A DNA stretch of 64,000 nt from Acetatifactor sp. (GTDB taxonomy: Bacteria > Bacillota > Clostridia > Lachnospirales > Lachnospiraceae): assembly GCA_045538995.1 (NCBI GenBank), contig JAZQEK010000097.1:48482-112481 (forward strand). The letters are read 5' to 3'. The translations under genes and the position numbers were made by a program. Positions 28,085 through 36,461 of the stretch are shown here, one piece after another (position 1 is the first letter of the stretch; each line of letters starts with the position of its first letter). A model generated the notes under the pieces. The model saw only the letters and a program-made list of their open reading frames with translations, ran no database searches and was not told the DNA's origin.

Positions 28085-30882
28085 TGTTGCAGAAAATATG
28101 GCATAAAAAATGGATGGTCTTTTGCCTTCTGTTAGGTAGTATTTTATTGAGTGCTACGGTGGTGAGCTTTCCGATGTATAAGGAGGCCGCTTTTAACCGT
28201 ATGCTGCAGGATGAATTTGAAAATTACCTGACGGACAAAGGGGAATGGCCGGGGCTGTTTGAGTATGTCATTGTATCAAAAAAAGAGCAGGGCGGTAAAA
28301 CCATTGGGCGTATGGAAGAGCTGATGGGGCAGCTTTATCAGGACTTGGGAGTGCCTGAAAAGGAAACGGTGCTTCATTATAGCTTGTCCTCCGCTGAGGT
28401 TACCTCTTTGATGAAGAGGGATGATGTAGGAGAGATTTCCTTGCGCATCACTATGATGAGTAATCTGCCGGAGCATGCGAAAATGCTGGCCGGTGAGATG
28501 TATTCAGAGGATGGTGTGGCAGAGGACGGAAGCTTTGAAGTGGTTATCAGTCAGGAGTGTATGGTAAAATCCAAGCTTCTGGTAGGAGAAACGGTGGAAT
28601 ACAATGCTCTGCGTGATGCCGACGGAAAGCCCATAAGATTGAAGATTGTAGGTATTTACGACCGATTGGATACGGATGATTTTTACTGGCAGATAACACC
28701 GGCACAGATGAACAATATGTGTCTGATGAACGAAAACGTATTTCGGGAAAACTTTTTGGGGGAAAAGGCCGGAAGGTATACCATTACCTGTAGCTATTAT
28801 CCGATGTTTGATTATACCGGTTGTAAGGCTTCCGGTATGCAGACGCTCTATGACGGAGTAACCTATTTGGTGGAGGAGAGTGCCTATAAAAGTGTCATGA
28901 AAACTCCCAACTGTCTGGAGGTTTTGGAAAGCTATGTAAAGAAGCAGGACAGAATTGAGGCGACCTTGTTTATTTTACAGGTGCCGGTATTGATCCTGTT
29001 ATGTGCCTTTTTGTTTATGATTGCTACTCAGATGTATGATATGGAAAGGAATGAAATTTCTGTATTGAAGAGCCGAGGCAGTTCCGGTGTGCAGATTTTC
29101 AGATTGTATCTGTATCAGAGTATTTTTATCACTATATTGGGTAGTCTGGCGGGCATGCAGTTGGGAATGGTTTTTTGCCGTATACTGGGTTCCTCCAGAA
29201 ACTTCCTGGAATTTAACCTGACCAGTAGCCTGGAGGTTGTGATTACGCAGGAAACCTATCAGTATGCTTTGGCGGCAGCAGGTGTGGCTGTTTTGGTAAT
29301 GACCTTACCGGCATTGAAGCACAGTCGTTTGACGATTGTAAAATTGAAACAGCAAAAGGCCACACGGAGCAAGCCTCTTTGGGAGAAGCTCTTTTTGGAT
29401 ATTATATGTCTGGGAATCGCTTTGTATGGTTATTATTCCTTCCATAAGAATGAAGAGCTTCTGGCAGTGAATGTGCTGAAGGGAGAAGCGTTGGACCCGC
29501 TTTTGTATATTAGTTCGTCTCTCTTTATTGTGGGTGTGGGGTTGTTGTTTCTGAGAATACAGCCTTATTTGGTGAAGCTTATCTACTTTTTGGGCAAGCC
29601 CTTTTGGGGGCCGGCCAGCTATGCTTCCTTTATGGAGAATCTGAAGAATGGCAGCAAGCAGCATTTTATTATGTTGTTTATGATACTTACGGTTTCTTTG
29701 GGAATGTTTCATGCAACGGTAGCCAGAACCATATTGCAGAATGCACAGAATAATGTTGCATATTTAAAGGGAGCTGATGTAATATTAAAAGAAGTATGGA
29801 CGGATAATTCAGCCTTTGCTTCACAACAGGGGAGCGTGGAGTTTCAGTATTATGAGCCGGATTACAGCAAATATGCGGACTTGGATATAGCTAAGAGCTA
29901 TACCCGAGTAATCTTTGATGAAGGTGCTTATTTGAAGGGAAAGAAGAATTCCACACAGGGAATTACGTTATTGGGAGTGCATACCAAGGAATATGGCACC
30001 AATACCTATGTGGAAGAGAGCTTGCTGAAAAAGCATTATTATGAGTATTTAAATGAGTTGGCGGTAATTCCGAATGGTGTGCTGGTTTCCCGTAATTTCG
30101 AAACCATACTGGAATATAAGATTGGAGACAGTATTACCTATTACAATGAAAAAGGAAAGTCTGCAACCGGGAAAATCGTTGAGTTTTTTGATTATTGGCC
30201 GGGTTACGAGCCGACTACTACTTTTTTGAATAATGACGGCAGTGTGAATACCAGAGATAATTTTTATTTGGTTGCCAATTATCAGACCTTGAAGAAAAAC
30301 TGGGGTACTACGCCCTATGAAGTCTGGATTACCCTGAAGGACGGGTATATAGGAGAGGATATTGCTCCCTGGTTGGAGAAATATGATGTACATATTTCCA
30401 AATATGTGGATAAATACTCCGAGATGGAAAAGGTCATTACAGATCCCTTGCTACAGGGAACTAATGGTGTGTTGACCATGGGCTTTATCGTAACATTAAT
30501 ATTATGTGCTGTGGGATATTTGATATATTGGATTATGGCTATACGCTCCAGAGAAATGATTTTCGGTGTGTTGAGAGCCTGTGGTATGCATAAGGACGAA
30601 GTATTCCACATGCTGATAAATGAGCAGATTTTTTCGGGATTGTCAGCTATTTTGGCAGGAATAGGAATCGGAAAACTAACTTCTCACATGTTTGTACCGA
30701 TGTTGCAGTCTGCCTATGCAGCGGCGAATCAGGTACTCCCCATGAGACTGATTACCAATCCGGCAGATATGTATCGTTTGTATGCAGTAGTTGCCGGAGT
30801 AATGGTGGTTTGTCTGATGGTACTGATTGTATTGGTATTTAAATTAAATGTAGCAAAAGCATTGAAGCTAGGGGAAGAGTAA
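28072..30882 (+). CDS. MacB/FtsX-like ABC transporter permease (duplicated)
   Basis: 936 aa. N-terminal TM, large extracellular domain, ERNEISVLKSRG, a second half with RSREMIFGVLRACGM, and multiple TM segments. Confidence 0.8.
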   Translation: MLRIMLQKIWHKKWMVFCLLLGSILLSATVVSFPMYKEAAFNRMLQDEFENYLTDKGEWPGLFEYVIVSKKEQGGKTIGRMEELMGQLYQDLGVPEKETVLHYSLSSAEVTSLMKRDDVGEISLRITMMSNLPEHAKMLAGEMYSEDGVAEDGSFEVVISQECMVKSKLLVGETVEYNALRDADGKPIRLKIVGIYDRLDTDDFYWQITPAQMNNMCLMNENVFRENFLGEKAGRYTITCSYYPMFDYTGCKASGMQTLYDGVTYLVEESAYKSVMKTPNCLEVLESYVKKQDRIEATLFILQVPVLILLCAFLFMIATQMYDMERNEISVLKSRGSSGVQIFRLYLYQSIFITILGSLAGMQLGMVFCRILGSSRNFLEFNLTSSLEVVITQETYQYALAAAGVAVLVMTLPALKHSRLTIVKLKQQKATRSKPLWEKLFLDIICLGIALYGYYSFHKNEELLAVNVLKGEALDPLLYISSSLFIVGVGLLFLRIQPYLVKLIYFLGKPFWGPASYASFMENLKNGSKQHFIMLFMILTVSLGMFHATVARTILQNAQNNVAYLKGADVILKEVWTDNSAFASQQGSVEFQYYEPDYSKYADLDIAKSYTRVIFDEGAYLKGKKNSTQGITLLGVHTKEYGTNTYVEESLLKKHYYEYLNELAVIPNGVLVSRNFETILEYKIGDSITYYNEKGKSATGKIVEFFDYWPGYEPTTTFLNNDGSVNTRDNFYLVANYQTLKKNWGTTPYEVWITLKDGYIGEDIAPWLEKYDVHISKYVDKYSEMEKVITDPLLQGTNGVLTMGFIVTLILCAVGYLIYWIMAIRSREMIFGVLRACGMHKDEVFHMLINEQIFSGLSAILAGIGIGKLTSHMFVPMLQSAYAAANQVLPMRLITNPADMYRLYAVVAGVMVVCLMVLIVLVFKLNVAKALKLGEE

Positions 30883-31568
30883 TGGAACAGGAAGCGAACA
30901 AAATCATTGTTTTGGATGGAGTAAACAGAATATTCCCTGTTGCCGGCGGAAGCTTTCAGGCACTGAAGGATATATGTGCCGAGATACTGGAAGGGAAGCT
31001 GGTAATTTTAAAGGGGCGCTCCGGCTCGGGAAAAACTACTCTGTTGAATATCATTGGAGCTCTGGACAATCCCAGCTCCGGTAAGGTATATTTGGAAGGG
31101 AAGGATATGGGGAAGCTTTCTTCCAGAAAAAAGGAAAAGTTTCGAAGAACCAAGATGGGTTACGTTTTTCAGACCGTATCCCTCATTCCAACCATGAATG
31201 CCCAGCAAAACGTGGAATTTTCCCTGCGTTTGGCCGGTATTCGAAAGGACAGGGAAAAAAGAGCTGTTGAATGCCTGAAAATGGTAGGATTGGGTGGTCG
31301 ATTAAAACACATGCCGGCAGAAATGTCCGGTGGTGAACAGCAGCGAGTGGCTATTGCCAGAGCTATTGCACATCGTCCCAAGATACTGCTGGCAGATGAA
31401 CCTACTGCAGAGCTGGATAGTGCTATGGGTGCTGAAGTGACCCGATTGTTTCAGGAAATGACACAAAAGGAAGGCGTTACCATCATCATGACCACGCATG
31501 ATGTGGGTCTGATGGACGCAGGTGATATGGTAATTGAACTGGAAGGCGGAGAACAGGTGAAGAACTAG
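30882..31568 (+). CDS. ABC transporter ATP-binding protein (LolD/MacB type)
   Basis: GRSGSGKTT, MSGGEQQRVAIARA, LLADEPT and MTTHD. Confidence 0.92.
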   Translation: MEQEANKIIVLDGVNRIFPVAGGSFQALKDICAEILEGKLVILKGRSGSGKTTLLNIIGALDNPSSGKVYLEGKDMGKLSSRKKEKFRRTKMGYVFQTVSLIPTMNAQQNVEFSLRLAGIRKDREKRAVECLKMVGLGGRLKHMPAEMSGGEQQRVAIARAIAHRPKILLADEPTAELDSAMGAEVTRLFQEMTQKEGVTIIMTTHDVGLMDAGDMVIELEGGEQVKN

Positions 31569-31590
31569 TTCGAAAAGGAGGAGAAAGGAA

Positions 31591-33141
31591 ATGCTAAAAA
31601 CGAATCCCATATGTAAAGCAGATTTTCCGGATCCGGATGTGATACGTGTAGGAGATACTTATTATATGCTGTGTGCCACCATGCATTTCATGCCGGGTGG
31701 AGTGATACTGCGCTCTTACGATTTGAAGAATTGGGAGATTGCCGGTCATATGTTTGAGACCCTGGACAATACTCCGGAAGAAAGAATGCAGGGAGAACGT
31801 TGTAACTATGGTCGCGGTATGTGGGCAGGAAGTATTCGCTATGCAAATGATAAGTTTTATGTATGCTTTTCTGCACAGGAAACGGATACTACTTATATTT
31901 ATACTGCAGAAAGTGTGGAAGGCCCTTGGCAGGTTACTCGTCTGCCGGAGTACAGACATCATCCCAGCCTGTTGTTTGACGAGGACGGAAGAGTGTTTAT
32001 GGTTTCCGGTTTTCAACAGATATTGTTGCGGGAAATGTTGCCGGACTTGAGCGGATATCTGGAGAATGGTCTGAAGAGAACCCTGCTGGAAGCACTGCCG
32101 AGAGAAGAGGTCCAGGTTGGCTATGAAGGTGCCAGTTTGCAGAAAATCGGTGGAAAGTATTATTTATTTGCCATCTACTGGCCGAAGAAGGAACCTTCCA
32201 GAAAAACACAGCTTTGCTATCGCATGGATATGCTGGAGGGAGAACTGACCGGCGGTGAGGTGCTCTGTGATGATATGGATTATCATAATCAGGGAATTGC
32301 TCAAGGAGAGCTTATTGAGGCTCCGAACGGAAAGTGGTTCAGTATCATGTTACAGGACTATGGTGCGGTAGGACGTATACCGGTGTTGGTTCCGGTGACT
32401 TGGAAGGACGGAATGCCTGTGTTTGGAAGAAACGGCAAGGTGCCAAAAGATATTTCTGTGGTGAGCAGCCGTCCGTATTATCAGTATGAACCCTTGTATA
32501 CCTCAGATGATTTCCGGTATGTGCCGGAATGTGGAGAGCATCCACAGTTAAAGTGCCAATGGGAATGGAATCATATTCCGGACAGAAGGTTGTGGAGAAT
32601 TGCAGAGGATGGAGGGTATTGCATCAAAAATGGTAAAATCTGTTCTAATGTAGCCCATGCTGTAAATACCCTGACCCAACGCAGCATGTATCCTAAATGC
32701 GGGGCAGAAGTAACCATCGACGGTTCCGGGCTGAAGGACGGAGATGTGGCAGGTTTGTGTGCACTGCAGGGATGCTATAGTCTCATCGGCATTATGAAGG
32801 AGCATGGTTGCTACTATCTGGTGATTATCGGCAGATGTCTGACAGATGCTTCCCTATGGGATAGAGCACAGGATTATATGCCGGGTAAAATCGTGGAAAG
32901 AGTGAAGCTGACAGAGGCGGTGGCCCGTGTTCGTATGAACTTGAATTTCGAAGATATGCAGGATACGGCAGAGTTTTATTATCAGAGCGGAAACAGATGG
33001 AAAAAGCTGGGAGGTCCGCACAATCTCTACTTCAGACTGGACCACTTCGTGGGCTGTCGTATAGGACTTTTTAATTATGCCACCAGGGAAATCGGCGGAG
33101 AAGTGAAGTTTAAGGATTTCCGGTATGTTTATGAGGAGTAG
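31591..33141 (+). CDS. GH43 family protein, paralog of 23080-24666
   Basis: FPDPDVIRV, GMWA, YEGAS, QGELI and RLDHFVG. HHPS occurs where the paralog has HDCS. Confidence 0.85.
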   Translation: MLKTNPICKADFPDPDVIRVGDTYYMLCATMHFMPGGVILRSYDLKNWEIAGHMFETLDNTPEERMQGERCNYGRGMWAGSIRYANDKFYVCFSAQETDTTYIYTAESVEGPWQVTRLPEYRHHPSLLFDEDGRVFMVSGFQQILLREMLPDLSGYLENGLKRTLLEALPREEVQVGYEGASLQKIGGKYYLFAIYWPKKEPSRKTQLCYRMDMLEGELTGGEVLCDDMDYHNQGIAQGELIEAPNGKWFSIMLQDYGAVGRIPVLVPVTWKDGMPVFGRNGKVPKDISVVSSRPYYQYEPLYTSDDFRYVPECGEHPQLKCQWEWNHIPDRRLWRIAEDGGYCIKNGKICSNVAHAVNTLTQRSMYPKCGAEVTIDGSGLKDGDVAGLCALQGCYSLIGIMKEHGCYYLVIIGRCLTDASLWDRAQDYMPGKIVERVKLTEAVARVRMNLNFEDMQDTAEFYYQSGNRWKKLGGPHNLYFRLDHFVGCRIGLFNYATREIGGEVKFKDFRYVYEE

Positions 33142-33201
33142 CGATGCGTTGAGTTCGCAATTTTATATAAGATGTTAGCCGGGATGAACCGGTAAGGGAT
33201 G

Positions 33202-33229
33202 CCCCGGGCAGTGGAAGTGCTGCCCGGGG
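33202..33229 (+). terminator. GC-rich hairpin after the GH43/exporter operon
   Basis: ccccgggcag-tggaagtg-ctgcccgggg; the U-tract is weak. Confidence 0.55.
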
Positions 33230-33300
33230 TGTTGTGATGTAGAGAGAAATAGAAATAAGCTCTTTTTAGGAAAGTGTGTCCAGTGCATAGAGACCTTGAT

Positions 33301-33712
33301 AAATTGGGAGTTGTAGGGATGTTATTTCCGGAAAAGTGTGAATTACCAATTGGTCAGAAAAAGAGGTTAAAAAGTTGGTATGAGCTTGTTTGGAAATACC
33401 AACAGGACGAGGAAAAAAGCTAGAAAAATTGGGGGTATCGCACTTTTTTGAGTAAGAGATAGACTAACTCCGACTAAACAAGAAAATATTAAGATTAGTC
33501 GGGAATGATTGCACCTAAAAACCGACTAAAATGTTAAAGTATGGTATTAGTCGGGGGATAGAGCGCATGCATTCCCGACTATTTGGGAGAAAATGTCTGA
33601 TAGTCGGGAAAACATGATAAGTGATACCGACTAAAACCAATAGAAACAAATATAGTCGGTATCATGGATAAAATTCACCCGATGAAAACATGAACAAAAG
33701 TAACATAGTCGG
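33301..33712 (-). repeat. Palindromic tandem array B (two ACCAAC-type plus five CCGACTA/TAGTCGG units), inverted homolog of array A
   Basis: CCGACTA at 33470, 33522, 33575, 33627 and (CCGATGA) 33679. TAGTCGG at 33496, 33548, 33601, 33653 and 33706. The reverse complement of 33419-33497 matches 16347-16426. Confidence 0.85.
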
Positions 33713-33905
33713 GAAAACGGGATATATTTGCTAAAATCAGTATGTCAGCGTAACTGGGAGAGGAAATAGGACGAAATCATCCCTACAAAGCACTTCCGAA
33801 AAAGGAAATAAAGATATATAATAGTATTGTTCGTGTGAGGTTTTCGCATGGTTTAGTAACAAGTTAAAAAACTTGCTATACTGTAAAAAGGGGAGGATTA
33901 GAATT

Positions 33906-34535
33906 ATGGGGAAAAATAAGGTTTTGTTGATTGACATGTATGGCGTCATACTAAAAGAAAGTAAAGGCTATTTTATTCCGTATACATTTCAGCATTTTGA
34001 TGAGGCAGAGTATGACAGGTTAAAGAAAGCATTTAAAGAAGATAAATACTTTACCAAGGCACAGCTGGGAATGATATCGAATGATGAGTTTTTAAGATAT
34101 TTAGGATATTCTTCACCAAAGGATACCAAGGAAGATTATTTGAAGAATTATTTAACATTGGATGAGCAGTTTATGGATTTTGCGAAAAAATATAGCAAAG
34201 TCATGGGCTTTTGTCTGTTGTCAAATGATGTACTTGAATGGAGTGAGTTTTTGACGGAGTATTATCAATTGAATGGTTTTCTGAAAGAGAAAGTAGTGAG
34301 TGGAGAAGTACATATGCGAAAACCGGATGAAAACATATTTTTATATGCGATTGATAAATTAGGCTGTTCACCGGAGGATTGTATCTTTGTTGACAATAGT
34401 GTTAAGAATTTGCTGGTTGCAGAAAAACTGGGAATTCAAACTATTTTATTCAATCGTGATGGGGAAGAATATAGTGGAAGGGTTGTAAATGATTTCGTGG
34501 AATTGGGAGAGATGTTAGATAGTTTGATGTGTTGA
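33906..34535 (+). CDS. HAD family hydrolase (phosphatase-like)
   Basis: LLIDMYGV (motif I, second Asp absent), LSND, RKPDENIF and FVDNS. GGGGAGG RBS precedes 33906. Confidence 0.8.
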   Translation: MGKNKVLLIDMYGVILKESKGYFIPYTFQHFDEAEYDRLKKAFKEDKYFTKAQLGMISNDEFLRYLGYSSPKDTKEDYLKNYLTLDEQFMDFAKKYSKVMGFCLLSNDVLEWSEFLTEYYQLNGFLKEKVVSGEVHMRKPDENIFLYAIDKLGCSPEDCIFVDNSVKNLLVAEKLGIQTILFNRDGEEYSGRVVNDFVELGEMLDSLMC

Positions 34536-34601
34536 TTGGGATAGGATGTATTTTAGAAGTAGATTGGTAGAATATGTGGCATTTGATAAAAGGAGACAGG
34601 T

Positions 34602-35159
34602 ATGTTTGCAAAATCAATTAAGATTTCGGCACTGGTGTGGGTGGTATTAACAATTATATTTACACTACTCTATCGCTGCAGTTCGAATGCGGTGATATTG
34701 AGCATGGCTATTACTTTTGGGACGATTGGTTATCATTTTCTGATGCGCTTGGCTGTAGGATATGTGATTAATGGATTGTGCCACAATTGTTTTGATTATA
34801 AGAAGGCATGGTTTCAGGAAAAGTCTTTTGAAAAACGTCTGTATGAAAAATTAGGGGTGAAAAAGTGGAAAGATAAAATGCCTACGTTCGCACCGGAAAT
34901 GTTGGACTTGAAAATACATACATGGGAAGAGATTTTAGGAGCAATGTGTCAGGCAGAGGTGGTACACTCGGTTATAATAGTATTATGTTTTGTGCCGCTA
35001 TTAGCCACTTTTATGTGGGGAGCCTTTTGGGTATTTTTTAATACTTCTGTTTTATCGGCAAGTGTGGAGATGGTGTTTGTGATAATGCAAAGGTATAACC
35101 GACCGAGGATAATCAGAATGATGGAAAAGGAAAATAGGAGAAAAAGTGAAAAGTTATAG
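34602..35159 (+). CDS. CrtO-like (glycosyl-4,4'-diaponeurosporenoate acyltransferase family) membrane protein
   Basis: YEKLGVKKWKDKMP, AEVVH and MQRYNRPR signature, with several TM segments. Confidence 0.6.
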   Translation: MFAKSIKISALVWVVLTIIFTLLYRCSSNAVILSMAITFGTIGYHFLMRLAVGYVINGLCHNCFDYKKAWFQEKSFEKRLYEKLGVKKWKDKMPTFAPEMLDLKIHTWEEILGAMCQAEVVHSVIIVLCFVPLLATFMWGAFWVFFNTSVLSASVEMVFVIMQRYNRPRIIRMMEKENRRKSEKL

Positions 35160-35163
35160 TTGT

Positions 35164-35198
35164 AACAACGCCCAGTCACTTGCGAATTGGGCGTTGTT
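35164..35198. terminator. Bidirectional intrinsic terminator
   Basis: aacaacgcccagt-cacttgcg-aattgggcgttgtt between convergent genes. Confidence 0.75.
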
Positions 35199-35201
35199 AT
35201 T

Positions 35202-36140
35202 TTATGTGAGATTGTGTCCTACGCGGTTCTTCGCACGATATTCACTGGGGGTGCAGTTCTTGTGCTGCTTGAATAGGCGGTTGAAGGTAGAAATGCTGGG
35301 GAACCCTGCCTGAAGGGCGATTTCCGTAATGGAAAGGTCCGGCTTAGCAAGCAGCTCCTCTGCTACCTTGATACGTCTATAGCACAAATAATCGCAGAAG
35401 GTGAAGTTCGTGTATTGCTTAAAAAGTCTGGAAAAGTGGAATTTGCTGAAGCCGATGGATTCGGCAATGTCTTCCAAATTCAAATCCTCCATATAGTGTT
35501 CGTCTATGTAATCCATTAAGTTATTAAATTTTTGTACATATTCCTTTTGTTTGTACAAACGCACATTAGGGAATAAGTTCTCGGTGTTAATACGGTTGTA
35601 ACCAAACTTCACAAAGAAGTTTAACAGCAGGGAGTAAATCACCAGCTCTGCAAATTCGTTTTTGTTGAAGTATTCATTACGCATCTGTACTAAAATCTGA
35701 TAAACATCATCATAAATCAGGGGGTAAGCCTGTGGTGTGATGTAAAGCGGCTGTGCCAGTAAAGACTGCAAACTGGAGAAGCCCTTCAGTTTCGTTATCA
35801 GGGTGATGTCAAACAAAAAAATGAAACGCTTACCGGAGGGAGGTGCCTTCAGTTCATGAATTTCTCCCGGCGGAATGAGAAGTACCTCACCCGGCATAAC
35901 ATGATACAGGGTATCGTTAATCTTGGCATCATAATAATTCTCAACAGGCATAATGATTTCTATGGCAGTGTGCCAGTGCTGACGATAATTGTCAGATTGC
36001 TCGTTGAACCAGATACGCATAGTGGAGGCGTCGTGAAAATCAACGGTTTCTTCGTCGTTCATAACCTGTCGGGAACCTATATAATCAGCATTAATGGTAT
36101 ATAAATCTAAGTAATTTACATCAGTACGAATATCAGCCAT
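35202..36140 (-). CDS. AraC family transcriptional regulator (cupin plus double HTH)
   Basis: HWHTAIEI cupin, then LEDIAESIGFSKFHFSRLFKQ and ITEIALQAGFPSISTFNRLFK. AGGAGG RBS precedes 36140. Divergent from the uptake cluster. Confidence 0.9.
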   Translation of the reverse strand: MADIRTDVNYLDLYTINADYIGSRQVMNDEETVDFHDASTMRIWFNEQSDNYRQHWHTAIEIIMPVENYYDAKINDTLYHVMPGEVLLIPPGEIHELKAPPSGKRFIFLFDITLITKLKGFSSLQSLLAQPLYITPQAYPLIYDDVYQILVQMRNEYFNKNEFAELVIYSLLLNFFVKFGYNRINTENLFPNVRLYKQKEYVQKFNNLMDYIDEHYMEDLNLEDIAESIGFSKFHFSRLFKQYTNFTFCDYLCYRRIKVAEELLAKPDLSITEIALQAGFPSISTFNRLFKQHKNCTPSEYRAKNRVGHNLT

Positions 36141-36461
36141 GCTTCCTCCTGCAATAAACAAAACCTGTCTGCCAAATTTTGCCATAAGCTCAAAATAGCA
36201 AGTGGTGAGGGGATGAGGTGCCAAAATATAGTAAAAAATAGATAAAAAAGCAATTTTTACTATATTTCTTTGAAAGCATTTTAACATTTTGGACAAAAAA
36301 AGGCAACAATCTATAGCAAATTTCAAACATTAAGTTAAAAAGTAAGCAACGTGTGAAGAATAAATAGCAAAATTTAGGAAGCGTTTTAGAATAGACTAAA
36401 GTATAATACAATCATAAGATACAGAAGATGTATTATTATTGTTAGATTCATGGAGGCATTT

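Noticed and set aside
33470-33712. TIGR-type guide array
   Set aside because: Unit length (52-53 bp) and spacer length (19-20 nt) differ from the about 36-nt dual 9-nt-spacer units as I recall them, and no Nop-domain gene is nearby. Kept only as an analogy.
36190-36400. Recurrent AGCAA/TAGCA pentamers as AraC operators (also near 16845-16880 and 48255-48290)
   Set aside because: One pair is 21 bp apart (36345 and 36366), but the spacing is inconsistent at the other promoters and the motif is too short to support by eye.
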